DNA of 64,000 nt, taken from Piromyces finnis finn (lineage: Eukaryota; Fungi; Neocallimastigomycota). Positions 1 to 13,244 of the stretch are shown here, in pieces (position 1 is the stretch's first letter; every line of letters starts with the position of its first letter). Location: positions 62,001 through 126,000 of the forward strand of contig MCFH01000035.1 in the NCBI GenBank assembly GCA_002104945.1, read 5' to 3'. Under the pieces are notes generated by a model. The model was not told the origin of the DNA, made no database searches, and saw nothing but the letters and a program-made list of their open reading frames with translations. Both the position numbers and the translations under genes were made by a program.

Positions 1-2594
1 CAATATCTTCATTATTTTCATCATGATTACTTAATGATATTTTATCTCCAAACTTGGCTTGTTCGATTAATTGTTTTATATGATCACCTAAATATTATTT
101 AAGAAAAATAGAAATATTAATAAATTATACACAATAAATATTTATTTTCGAGAAATATTTACAAAAGAATGGTATAACATTATCATCTGGGTATGGTTGT
201 AATTCTAATTGTTGTATTTCATAATGATAATTATAAGAGTTTGAGAATATATTATCTAATTCTTCCATACTTTCAATTAAATCATTTGGTAATGACTGTT
301 TAAAAATAAATAGAATAATATATATTAATCTTAATTACTAAAAAAAAAAAAAAGACATTAATTTATATAGTATAAAATAATAGAATTACCTCCCATAATA
401 CATGTTGTCTTACAAATAATTGATTTTTCAAACTGAAATATATTGCTGCGGCTGAATTATAATTCTTATTCACTAAACAGGCCTATTTTAGGTAAATATT
501 AAATTAATTTAAAATATATAATGATTTAATTTATATCTAATATTCTATTTCTACCTTGGCGATTTTTATAAATTTTTTTAATGCAAATAATTTTTTCTTT
601 ATAGTTAATTGTTCTCCAATTACAGTAATAGTATATTGAGATAACTATTAAAATATATGAAAAAAAAATTTTAGTATTAATTATAGTAGTAGCTGTTTTC
701 GGTTGATACTGATAACTTACCTGATAAAACCATGAAATGTAACTCAAAACTATTCTTATTGGTTTATATAGCGTAAATTTACCAAAATTTTCATCCATCA
801 ACTTTGTACCTTCTAGTAAATATATATAATAATCTGGTTCAATATCTTTAAATAACTGTTTTTCATGCAATAATAATTGAGAGCTGAATTCTTGAGATGT
901 CATAATTAATGCCCATGGTTTTTTATTATCATTTGGAATTGAAAATTTTGATTTTGTTGGATTGCTTGAATTTTCATTTATAAATGTATATTGTTTGGTG
1001 AAAAGAGTTAATTTCTACATATATATGATAACAATAAAATATTTATATTAATATTTTATTATTGAAATTTAAAAAAAGTATGAATAGTTTATATTATAGC
1101 ATTATATATATAATATATATTTTTTTAATACTTGTTTTCTCAACACAGTATCTAGTTTTGTATACTCTCCGTAAAGATTAGTATTATTTATTAAATCGCC
1201 AATTTGGTTCATAAATTTATTTAATAAACCCATTACAGCACTACTAGTAAAATCATGCCAATGTAATCTTATCCAAAAGTTTAATAATTTCAAACATCTC
1301 TGCTGAATATTTTTTTTATTCTCATCATAGAAAAATTCTTGATCTTTAGTTGGATTTTGCGGTAATTTAACATTAAACCATGATATAATAAATTTTAATA
1401 AATCAAGTGGTGTAATATAGAATCTATAGGATACTAAGAAAGCATCTGTTAATTGCGTTTCTGTTTTCCATATTTATTGAAATTTTTTTTGTTAATTTTA
1501 AATACATAAATTAGTAAAAAAAAAAAAAAAATATATAGTTTTATTTAAATTCATTATAATAATTTGTTTTATTACAAGTACCTTGAGCAGTTGGGAAAAT
1601 TAAACTATCCATTACAGCTTCCAATGAGCCTTCGTATGGAATAGCTTTACCTTCTATTTCTTTATATTTAATACCATCTATCCTCATATCAAGTTCATCT
1701 TTTATTAATAAAATATAAATTATTGTATAATTTATACTTTTAATATATAAATTGCCCTATTTATTTTTTTATGATTTTATATATATAAATATAATTCCTT
1801 TATCTTTTCATGTTTTAATTTAATAATACCTTTATATATATTTAATTCTCTCGATAATGTTTGTATATCTATAGAAAAAAATAAATTATTGAACATAAAA
1901 TAAATATTGTAATTTTGTTACCCATACCATTTTATTAATCATATAAAATCTTAAAATATTAATATTAATAATATTAACCATTAACATCACACTCCGGAAA
2001 TATTTTTGGTTGGGTTCTCCAAAATGGTTCATGATCTAATGAATATATAAAATTCTCACCTGTTCTCATAATATTATTATATATTTCTGGAAAATCTATT
2101 ATACATAGATGTGAATATATAAGTCATTATAATTTAAATAGCATAATTAGTTTAATATATTCAATAACATAACTGAATTATATGTAAGGCTATCTATATT
2201 ATACCATGATTACTATCATATTCTTTTAGCTGAAGTAAAGTACATAAATTTGCATTTGAATCTATTATAGTTGGATCCTATGCAAATTATTTATAATAAT
2301 TTTAATATTATAAAATAAAAATTGGTATGAATAAAAACTATTTATAAATAAGATTTGTCAAATATTTTAAACTCATTTTCATTACTTCAATTACTGGCTT
2401 TTCATCAACGATATTTTCTTTTTTTTTTTTTTAATGTGTTTTAAAATAATATTGGATAATAAAATAAAAATAATTTTGTTTTAATTATATAACAACTTAA
2501 TAATATTATAAAGTTATTATGCATTATATCTTATTCATTACTTTTTAAAAAGTCATCTAGCCATTGTTGGGATGATTTATTCTTTTTAAATACT

Positions 2595-2625
<31 letters not shown>

Positions 2626-3204
2626 TTATTAATTTATATATATGAGTATTAATTTTTTTTAATTGTAAAACCATTTTAAAATGATTTTAATTGAATAGAA
2701 AATCGTATAATCTTTTTTTTTTATACCAAATATTTTATCTTTGAACGATTTAATTTTTGGTGAAGAAACAGAATTATTTGATATTGTTTGTAAACTAGCT
2801 GAAACATTACAAGTTAATGATTTATCTTCTCCACTACAACTTCTAGTCATTTTTTGAGTTCGAATTGATTTATTTAATGTAAACATATTTGGAGTGCTTC
2901 CAGTATAATCTTTTAAATTTGTGTTTACGTTATACATTGTAATTGCTCGATTAGAATAACAGGTATATAGTGATCTTCTATGATTAACTAAATCATCAAC
3001 ACTTGTCATATACTGTCTAGAAGTTATCAAATTTTTATTACCATTTATATCATCTCCCATCCCTTTTGTAAGTGATTTTGTATATGAATTTTGTTTTTGA
3101 AGAGGTAATCCTGTTAAAATAGAAAGAGAAGAGTCTTTTGCTTTTGACATAGTATTGGTTGGCTCCATCTCTTTCGACTTTATTTCATTATTTATCTCAT
3201 CCAT
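1..3204 (-). CDS. Ras guanine-nucleotide exchange factor (REM + CDC25 domain), multi-exon, 3' end outside the window
   Basis: Exons give a REM-like segment (YEGSLEAVMDSL..TDAFLVSYRFYITPLDLLKF..IQQRCLKLLNFWIRLHWHDF). They also give CDC25-like segments (QEFSSQLLLHEKQLFKDI; NKNYNSAAAIYFSLKNQLFVRQHVLWE). ORFs 2659-3204, 1102-1293 and 526-903 are exon read-throughs. Confidence 0.8.
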
Positions 3205-4411
3205 TTTCTTTATGTATTATATATATCTTAAATGGTTGAATTATGAATGAAATCTATATCTAAAATATATGTTTTAATTATGTATTATAATTAATAATTA
3301 ATTGTGATTATTAAATCTTTGAATAGATATATTATTGATATTTTTAAAAAAAAATTCTTTGGATCATTAATCCTTCTATATATATTATAATCTTTATCGC
3401 TTTTCAATATTTTATATGTAACTGAACAATATATATTAATTTTTTTTATGATATATATGTATATCTGTATATTTATGTATAAATAAAAAGATATAAATCA
3501 AATGTATACTGTGATCATTAAAAAAATTTACAAATTAATAATGAAATACTTCAATAAGAATATGTTAAAATATTATTGTTTGGGAAGAGGAAACCTATAT
3601 TTTTAATAGTTTAAACTTTACAAAAATATAGCAGAAATAATAGGATAGTACCAATAATATTGTAATAGTCTATATATTCATTTAAATTCTAATAATTGGG
3701 AATTTATTAAAAGTTTAAATTTTACAAAAGTATATTATATATAAATATTAAGATAGTACATAATATTAATGTAGGTAGAGAGTATTATATGTTTTATTAA
3801 TCTTTAAAAAACCACATAAATTTTAAATTCTAGTAATTTAAAAAAAATAATAATAATAATAATAATAATAATTTATGTCTCATTCTCTAAAAAAAATATT
3901 TTTAATTATTATTATTTTATTTATATAAATATTATTATAATAAATATAATTTAAATATAGTGAATCACTTTATTTTAAATTTAATAAAAAAAAACATATA
4001 TATATACTTGTGATTAAAAAACTTATAATTTTTAATTTGATAAAGTATTTTTTTTTTTTTTTTATTTCTTCCTTTTATAAAAATAAAAAGTCAATATAAA
4101 ATATATATAGAGCTATTATATATATAAATTATATATTATATTTTAAATAAATAAAAAGATGATAAATACATAATATTTATAATAATATTAATTAAAACCA
4201 TTATATTTTCTTTTTTAAAATTTATTTTATATTTTATTGATGTCTTGTTTTTTTTTATTTGTTTTTTTATTTGTTTAGCAATTTCATTATGTTTGATTTT
4301 AATGAAAAGTATACATATATATATTCATTATCATTACTTCATTGCTTTTAAATTCACATATATATACATTTGTTTTACACTATATATTGTTATTATTATT
4401 TTGAAAATGCC

Positions 4412-5875
4412 TTAAAATTTAGTGGTACTATTTTCAGATTTATCCTTATCATCATTTAACTCTGTTTTTATTTCAATTTCTAATTGATCCAAATAATCAG
4501 ATATAGCATTCATTGAATCACTAAATATCTTTACAGTATCTAAAAATGTATTTTGAATTTCAACGTTGTCCTTTGAAAGTTTCATAATAACGTCGGTAGT
4601 ATTTTTGATACAATCAGAAATGAATTCGGGTATATTATCCTTATTCTTATCTAAGGAAGTTGATAAATTTGAGGCTTCTCGGAAAGCTCTTGAAATTGGC
4701 TTTGCAGAAACTTTAATGATTTTTTTATTTGATTTTTTATCATTGGTGACTTTTACCATATCATTAACAAAATCAACAACTCTAGCGTTACTCTCTTTTG
4801 GATCAATGTTATTATTTATCACTATAGTGGAATCCTCTTTGGTTTTTTCTTGATTCTTTGCACTTTCTTCACCCCAACTTTTTAATTTTTTTTCGATGTC
4901 TTTCATTAAATTTTCATCATTAATACTATCAGAATTAATTTTAATACTTTCATTATTTCTTAAATTATTAATTTTAATTTCAGAAGGAGATTTGCTTATA
5001 TTATTAATGATATCGGTATAGGCTTCTTCAATTTCTTTATCAAATTCTGATATAGTTTCTTCCTCTTTATTTCCGAATCCAAAAAAGGAGCCAATATAGC
5101 TTATGGTATCATTAATATTTGTTTTTGTAGTTTTTTTAGTTGTATTTTCAGCTGTTTTAATTTCGGTGGTAGTAATAACATTTTCGGAATCCTTTTTAGA
5201 ATCATAATTAATTTTTGTGACGCTTTCTTCTTTAGGAGTCTTTTCCTTGATTTTAATATCTAAAACAACATCGTCTTTCATTTCTTTACCTTGTGGTCTA
5301 CTGGTGATATTTATTTGGGCTTGTTTGCGAAGTTCTTGTAATTCAGCATTTCTACTATCTTCTTTATTACTAGGTATTGAATAACTGTTTAATAATTCTT
5401 TAATATCATATCTTTCATCATCACTTTTATTATTTAAATAATAATTAATACCAAAACCTATTCCTACTCCTCCTAAAATTGAAAATAAAACTTTTGAAAA
5501 GTCACTCTTTCCTTTTTTTGATTTTTTACTTTTATCTTCTTCTTCTTTTAATTCATTGACTTTTGTTGAAATATTTTCATTACTATTTGAAGAATCAACT
5601 TTTGTTTCTTTATTTAGTTCATTAACTAAATCATTTTCTTCTTTATTTGATTCAGTTACATATCTTCTTAATAATATGTTATTATAATTATAATTTAAAT
5701 TATGTTTTTGTATTTGAAATGAATTTATATTTCTATTATCGAGATTTAAATGGAAATTAATATTATTATGTAAAATATAATTTCTCTTACTTAGAATAGA
5801 GATACTTTGTTGTCTTAAACTATTTAAACAATAATTATTAATAATTCTATTCTTTACGATAATATTTTGTAACAT
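4412..5875 (-). CDS. Orphan 487-aa single-exon protein with presequence-like N-terminus and one TM helix (probable hydrogenosomal/mitochondrial membrane protein)
   Basis: Starts ML, with a basic, acid-poor first ~70 aa ending LLRRY|VTES. One hydrophobic segment (VLFSILGGVGIGFGINYYL) flanked by Lys, then a charged helical region. No recognisable catalytic motif. Confidence 0.65.
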   Translation of the reverse strand: MLQNIIVKNRIINNYCLNSLRQQSISILSKRNYILHNNINFHLNLDNRNINSFQIQKHNLNYNYNNILLRRYVTESNKEENDLVNELNKETKVDSSNSNENISTKVNELKEEEDKSKKSKKGKSDFSKVLFSILGGVGIGFGINYYLNNKSDDERYDIKELLNSYSIPSNKEDSRNAELQELRKQAQINITSRPQGKEMKDDVVLDIKIKEKTPKEESVTKINYDSKKDSENVITTTEIKTAENTTKKTTKTNINDTISYIGSFFGFGNKEEETISEFDKEIEEAYTDIINNISKSPSEIKINNLRNNESIKINSDSINDENLMKDIEKKLKSWGEESAKNQEKTKEDSTIVINNNIDPKESNARVVDFVNDMVKVTNDKKSNKKIIKVSAKPISRAFREASNLSTSLDKNKDNIPEFISDCIKNTTDVIMKLSKDNVEIQNTFLDTVKIFSDSMNAISDYLDQLEIEIKTELNDDKDKSENSTTKF

Positions 5876-6615
5876 TTTTTTTTTTTTTTTACTTTAATTG
5901 ACTTTTAGTCGAAAACAATGATTTATCCAACTATAATGAATTTTTAAATAATATATTTCAAATTCAAAAAAAAAAAAAAAAAAAAAGATAATTTATTTTA
6001 TAATTGTTATTCATACATGAAATTATTACACGTGATAACGTGATACATATAATAATATGAGTTAGTTTTATGTAAAATAAATAAATTCTAATTTATTTAT
6101 AAAATTTTATTATAAACTTTTATTAGTAATTTTTAATATATCTCATAGTATCAAAAAAAAGTTTCTTTGGTGTTGTCTTATACTATAATAAAATTAGTAT
6201 AAATAATGAGTTTACTTATACTAATGAATCTTATTAAATACCTAATTGTTCAATTATAATACTATAATACTATGGTTATATGGATCATACATTTATAATA
6301 TTTCTTTGTTACTTTATCATATTACACTTTTTTCATAACACAAATTTTTAAATTGTAAAAAAATGATTAATGTTTTGTATATTTAATTATAAGATAATAA
6401 TGTTGTCTCACATTTTAGTTTTGTTTTTATTCCAAACAATCAAACAAATGTATTTAATTTTATTTTATTTATATATGATTTATATATTTCTATCTATAAA
6501 ATTATAAAGTTTATATAATAAATTTTTATAAATTAACAAAAAAAAAAAAAAAAAAGGTTATATCCTTATGAATGGCCTAATTAGAACGTTTTCAATTATT
6601 TTTTGTTTATTTGTT

Positions 6616-7188
6616 TTAAGAGGCTTCTTCAGCTGGGGCATCAGTAATATTTAATAATTCCTTTACCTTTGTTTCCATATCATCTGGTTTGTATGTTGGG
6701 GAATATCTACCAATAACATTTCCTTCCTTATCAACTAAAAACTTTGTAAAATTCCATTGGATATCACCTGGTTTTTTACATGTAGAACTAATTGCCTTAA
6801 TAGCTTTCATAGCCATTTTGTTTTTTAGCCCATCAATTGTATCGTCTTGTATTTTTTCCTTTAACAAAGTGAATAAAGGAGAAGCTTCTTCGCCATTTAC
6901 ATCAATTTTTTGGAATTGATCAAAAGTAGTATTATATTTAAGAGTACAAAAGTTATGAATTTCATCATCAGTACCTGGTGCTTGTTTTCCAAATTGATTG
7001 CATGGGAAATCTAATACTTCCAATCCTTTACTGTGATAATTCTTATATAATTTTTCTAATCCTTCATACTGTGGAGTAAAACCGCAACCAGTAGCAGTAT
7101 TAACGATAATTAAAACTTTATCTTTAAAATCATTCAATTTAACATCTTCACCTTTTCTATTTTTTATTGTAATGTCGTAAATGTTCAT
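6616..7188 (-). CDS. gpx: Cys-type glutathione peroxidase family protein (thioredoxin-dependent GPx/BtuE-like), intronless
   Basis: Signature motifs KVLIIVNTATGCGFTPQYEGL, LDFPCNQFGKQAPG, KIDVNG and IQWNFTKFLVDKEG. The peroxidatic residue is encoded by TGC (Cys, not Sec). A putative resolving Cys lies in FCTLKY. Confidence 0.95.
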   Translation of the reverse strand: MNIYDITIKNRKGEDVKLNDFKDKVLIIVNTATGCGFTPQYEGLEKLYKNYHSKGLEVLDFPCNQFGKQAPGTDDEIHNFCTLKYNTTFDQFQKIDVNGEEASPLFTLLKEKIQDDTIDGLKNKMAMKAIKAISSTCKKPGDIQWNFTKFLVDKEGNVIGRYSPTYKPDDMETKVKELLNITDAPAEEAS

Positions 7189-7849
7189 TTTACTTTATTT
7201 CCACTTTTTAAAAAAAATGATAATAATAATAATAATACTAAACAAATTAGTGACTTTTTATTTAATTATAGAAAATAAAAATTACTTTTATACTTTTATA
7301 TAAATAGATGTATTTTAACTTTTTAACACTTTATTTATAAACTTTATAAATATACAAAATGAGTTCATTATTTCTTAATTATTCCAAGTTTAAAGTTTAT
7401 TTATTTAGCCTATTTTTTTTTCTACATTAACGGATAATTAAAGAAAATAAAGTTAAAAAAAAAAACTTTACTAAATATATTTTTTATTGTATAAAGCATG
7501 CATCAAATGTTTTATTTATAAATAAGGCATCAACTATTTGTTCATTATTCCGTATTTAAACTTTATCAACTATTTTTTCAATATAACATATGAAGGGAAC
7601 AATGAATAGTTTAAAAAAGTTAATTTTATAAAAAAAGTTACTATAAACTTTCATCAATAAAAAAAATTTTTTTAGCTATTTTTAACTTGAATACAACATT
7701 ATGTTTACTTTACACTATTTATAATTTATTCAGTAAAAAAAAAAAAAAAAAAAAAACTGAAAAATAAACCTTATATTAACTATAAATTCATTCCTATTTT
7801 TTTTTTTAAAAAAAAAAGAAACTTTTTTTATTTACTCATTTTATATACT

Positions 7850-7887
<38 letters not shown>

Positions 7888-8121
7888 GGCATCAAATATT
7901 TTAAACTTTATTATTAATTTAATTAAAATTATAATACATGAAACATAAAAATTAAAATAAAATAAAAATAAAAAAATATGTTTAAATAAACACAAATGAA
8001 TAAAAATTGGGTATAATGTATTCTAGTAATTTTAATTAAAGTAAGAAAGCCACTATCATACTAAAGTATAATAATTGTATTTGACTTCCAATGGGACACC
8101 GAGCCAAAGATCAAAATTTTA

Positions 8122-8990
8122 TCATGGAACAAAATAATGATCTCCATTGGTTGCGCTGGCCCTCCTGGCCTGTCTTACTGTTTCTTCAGCATTGACGCTC
8201 TTGGATGTTGCTTCAAACCTTTTGAACATTGACCATTGCTGGCCAATAGCAAAAGGCATGATTTTGGTTAGAAGTTCCGCGGTTACCGTCAAGAATGGTG
8301 TTCCTTCATTAGTACCAGATTGAATCTGATGCTTACAAAGTTCTTTCCATTCCCTTGAATTGTAATTGATATTGTTAAAACTTCTTCCCCCAAGAAGGAA
8401 TTTAAATATTTTACTGCACACACTAGAATAATCATACACATTAATATTCACCGGATTATTAGAACTATTACTATCATTAACTAAATTACTATCTAAATTA
8501 GAATTATTATCTTCACTATTGCTATCATTACTAATATTATTATTTCTATTACTACTATTGTTATTATTACTATTGTTACTATTACTATTGTTATTACTAC
8601 TATTGTTACTATTACTATTACTGTTATTGCTATCTCTGCTGATATTAACATTTTCATTATTATTGATAGGACTATTGGAATTACGTTGACTGAAAAAATT
8701 TAAAAGATGGACTATAGAATCATAATGTTTAATACGGATATCTCTAAATGTTGGACAATCTAATAACCAATGTTTAATACTTTGATCTCCACACTTGCAA
8801 CATGGACAGTAGTTAGGACAAACTGGATCAACAAATTTAGCAGCTTTGGCAACTCTAGCATCCAACTTGTATCCGCTTCTTGCTTTCAATAGCCAGTAGA
8901 AGCCATAGGCAAACTCTGGGTACTCATAACATAATTTAATAAAATCTTTAGTTTCAATAAATTTATTATCATCATAATATTGTTTTATAT
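8122..8990 (-). mobile_element. 5'-truncated non-LTR retrotransposon (LINE) fragment: C-terminus of ORF2 with CCHC zinc knuckle
   Basis: The frame is open upstream of the tracked start to ~8990 (..YPEFAYGFYWLLKARSG..). It contains CPCCKCGDQSIKHWLLDC, a CCHC knuckle preceded by an LL-K-AR-SG motif, as at LINE ORF2 C-termini. Locally raised GC. No RT or endonuclease domain present. Confidence 0.75.
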
Positions 8991-10030
8991 ACTAATAATC
9001 CATTTTTATCATAAATTTAAATTAAATGGAAAATAATAAATAGAATTACCAATTTTTAATAATTAATTCTATTTAATTCATTTCTTTTAAGAAAATAAAA
9101 ATAATCAACAATACTACTTTTATTGGTTGTGATTTAATTACTCAACAATACAACTATTAAAAAGGTATGTTGTGTAACTCTAATAAATATTAATAAAATA
9201 TAAGATTAATTTTACTTTTTATTAAAAAAAATTAAATCAAATTCATCCCCTCAACAATAATAAATTTTAATTAATTCTTAATTTTTTAACTATTTTATTA
9301 AATTTCTTTTGGTCAAAATTTTTTTTGACCTTTTATAAAATATAATGAATAATCTAATATTAAGCATTTCAAATATGCTATGAGAAAATTCTTTATATTT
9401 TTTTCTTTCTACTTTTTCTTTTTTTTTTTTATTTCTTTGTTTCTGTTGTTATTTTTAGATAGTTATAATAAAATTAAAGACCTTATCAAAGACTTTACCT
9501 TTTTTTTTATAAAAGGTAATTAATAGTTTTTCATATTTCTAAAATTTTATAATAATATTACCTTTTTTATATAATATATATTAATAATAATATTATGTAT
9601 AAATTAAAAATTCATTCAATTTACACTATATTTTTATATCTTTTTTTTATTTATTTATTTCTTTAACTATAAATTAATTTTTAAAAAATATATTACTATT
9701 ATTATAATGATTAAAAAATATATTGTTTTTAAAAACAAACTATGTTATGAAATAATCTACAAAATAATTTCTTTTTCTTTTTTTAATACAATTTTAACTT
9801 AATATAATTATAATATATTAATGTTTTGTTTTTTTTTGTTTTTTTTGTTTGTTTTTTTTTTTTTCCTATTTTAATTTGTATATAATTTATTCTTTAAAAA
9901 ATGTTTCACAAGATTAGTAAATCATTATTTTAAATTTATAATTTTTAGTTTATTTTTATTTTATTATATACTTTTCTATATTATTGCTTGATAGAGTTAA
10001 TAGATGCTATATATGCTATTTGCTATTTAT

Positions 10031-11427
10031 TTATTTAATTTCAAGTTTTGCTTCTGGGAAAGAGCTATCTAATGGTTCTGATGGTAAATCATGTAATTCA
10101 ATACGTGGAAGACCATCACTTCCAAACATATAATCTGGCATGTCTCTGTAGTTAACTTCTGGGTGATCAGCATGTCTAGTTTCATTCTTCTTTGAAGATC
10201 TGGTAACACTTCTCTTAAGTTGAGTAGCAGATCTACTAACACTACGCTTAATGTTATCGAAAGCTTCTGGGAATCTTTGTCTTAATTCATCATATTTACC
10301 TGGACTTTGCTTCTTTAAATAAATTAAACCAATACCAGCAGCACCAGAAACAGTTAATACACCAGAAAGAACACCTACAGTGTAAGAATTATTATCTTCT
10401 TCTTTATCTGGGAATTGACTTTCAAGAACCTTAATATCTTCTTCAGAATAGGTAGTTTGGTTTGGATCAACAACCTTAGATTGACCAACAATTGGAGCAT
10501 CATCTGGAATACTGTTATCGTCAGATTCACCAGTAATAATATTAATATCACCGAGACCTGCAATAGATGGAACAGTATTTTCTTCAGAAGTGTTATTAGC
10601 AACAGTAACAATTGGTTCTGAGGTAATTTGAGCTTGAACAGCAGTAGTAGTAACTGGAGCCTTAGTTGTAGTTGGTTTTACAGTAGTAGTCTTCTTGGTA
10701 GTAGTAGTAACTGGGACATCATTCTTATTGAATTTAGAATGAGTAACACCATGAGTAATCATATATAAAGCTTGCTTCTTGTACATAGAAATGAATTGAG
10801 ATTTGCTTAAACCGAAATATTTCTTGGCAAAGCTTTCAGTCTTTGAAGATGGGTAAACAATATCTCTAGTAACAGATCCATTAGATTTAGCAGCGACCCA
10901 AACGATTGGGAAATGACCATCTCCCTTCTTACGAATGTTATTAAAAGCCTTTTCACTAACATCAATGTGTGATCTTTCACATTCTCTGCAACTATCAACA
11001 ATCTTTACCTTGACTGTAATATTATAAAATAAATTAATATTTTCTTTTTTTTATCCTAAAATATCAATATTTCTATACATACCCATTTTTCCAAGATATT
11101 CACTGTCTTTATTATCTACAGCCATAACAACTGCATAATTATTACATAAGTCCTTTGCATATGTTGAACTCTATTTATTATTAAATAAAATAAATAAATT
11201 TGTTACTACTGAATCTTACCATTAAACTAATATCACAATAATATTTTTATACATACAACAGCAGCATAATAATCAGTATCTGGGTATTTTTCACCAGTAC
11301 AAGATGGATTCATTTCTCTATGATGATCATTTGAACCACCATACCAAGTAGCTTCATATGCAGTACCATCAGCTCTAATAAAAGCTACGCATAAAGCAAT
11401 TATTAAAGAAAAGTATATAGTTTTCAT
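10031..11427 (-). CDS. Secreted expansin-like/RlpA double-psi beta-barrel (DPBB) protein with Thr-rich linker, TM helix and cytoplasmic tail; 3 exons (11427-11257, 11170-11083, 11013-10031)
   Basis: Signal peptide MKTIYFSLIIALCVAFIRA. DPBB motifs ATWY, SC, YYAAVSS, VKVKIVDSCRECERSHIDVSEKAF. TTTTKKTTTVKPTTT linker and TM VGVLSGVLTVSGAAGIGLIYL. Both GT-AG introns checked to keep frame. Confidence 0.85.
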
Positions 11428-13244
11428 CTTTTATACTTTTTATTTCTCTATTTCTTTATTTATATTATTTCTTACTGATAGCATACATTTTTGATATTTA
11501 TAAAATAAAAAAATGTTAGTCAATTTTCTTTCATCGTTTTTACATTTATAAATATTATATATTTGAAATTTTAAATTTCAAAAATTAAAATATGTATTAA
11601 AAATTTGTTAACACTGCTTTTACTTTTCTTCTTTTTTTTTAATATATATCTTCAACATTTAATTTATTATTTATTAATAAATATCTATTTTTTTCTTTTT
11701 TATTTTTTGATAATATTGATACTTTAATTAAATTTCTTTTTTCATCAATTTTAATATCTTATTTTTTTTATTATTCCTATAATTCAATATTATTTTTTTT
11801 CTTAAATGGTACTGAAAATATATCACAATTTAATTACATTACTATAATATAATCCATTTATATAATTATACTTTTAACAAAACAAATAAAAAACATTATT
11901 AATATTTACATTATATTTTTGTATAAAAATTAATATTTAAACTTATAACATTAATTACTTTTTAAAATTTTATACAAAACTATTAAAAAAAATTATAATT
12001 TTAGGCCTTTTTTTTGCTATTTTATATATTTTACTATTGTACATTTTTTTAATACACACCTATATTGAAAAAAAAATATTAACAAATAATTTTAAAATTA
12101 ATTAATTTTTAATTTATTAGAATTTCATTTTGAATATTAATATTTATTATTAATATATAGTTAATATGTCTATTCAATATAAATATTATATATTATAATT
12201 GATACAATATTTATTATGTAACAACAATAAATTAAAAAATTATACCATAATAATCATAAAAAAACAATAGTTTAATCATCTAAATATAATAGTTTTTTTT
12301 TTAAAAAATTAGTATTATTTATACCAAATTCATTCCATAATAAAAAGGATAAGGTTAAAAGTGAAAAAAATAGTTTATTTTATTTTGAATTTCTAAATAA
12401 TTAACCTTATATATAAAATAGGAATAAATAATAAAAAGTTTTAATATTCAATAAAAGAATCTAGATTAAAATGCCAAAAATGGCCGTTTTTAATAAAAGC
12501 AAAAATAATTATATATATTAATTAACCCTAATTAAAGTATATTAATGACCTTCAATAAATTTAAAATTTCATTCAGTATAACAAATAAAAAACGATGAAT
12601 ATTAAAAAAACACAAATTATATTAAATAAATTAAATTAGTGATAATAAAATGAGAAACTAAAACTTTTAATTTTAAATATATTACTTGTTTTAATAGGGA
12701 ATATATAGCAATACTATTTCAATTTATTAGTATTTAAATTAAATTTTATTTATTATTTTTTTTAAACTAATTATTTTTAATCTTTGTTTTATCTAGAGAG
12801 CAAATAACTGAAGGTCTTAATATACATAATTTATTACAATTTATTAAAATAATAATATAATTTATATTGTAATTGTAATTGTTAATAAAAAGAAATATTG
12901 GATATATTCTATATATAATATAAAAAAAAGTAATTAATAGATTTAAAACATAATAGATTATAAATACTATTAAATATTTAGTAAGTTTATATTATCAATA
13001 TAATAGAGAAATAATATTTCTTTTATTTTAAAATATTAAGATTTAAGATTACAATTTATTTTTATTATTTATTTACATATATTATTTTATGTTTCGATAA
13101 AAACATGTTAAACTTTATAAAGAGATAACCAATAAAACTTTTCCTCTTCCTAAAAAACCCTTTGAAATGCCTTTTTTACTATTAATAAATTTTATATAAT
13201 GAATATAAAATTATAAAATAATATTATTATTAAAATGGATAAAA

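Noticed and set aside
4566-4853. Short ORFs antisense to real genes (also 6689-6919, 10415-10621, 24109-24399, 27594-27830, 32483-33250, 45467-45661, 52857-53159, 59448-59834, 62338-62523)
   Set aside because: They overlap better-supported CDS on the opposite strand and have no motifs.
4412-5875. Calling this gene MIC60
   Set aside because: Topology fits, but no mitofilin domain is visible, so no symbol was assigned.
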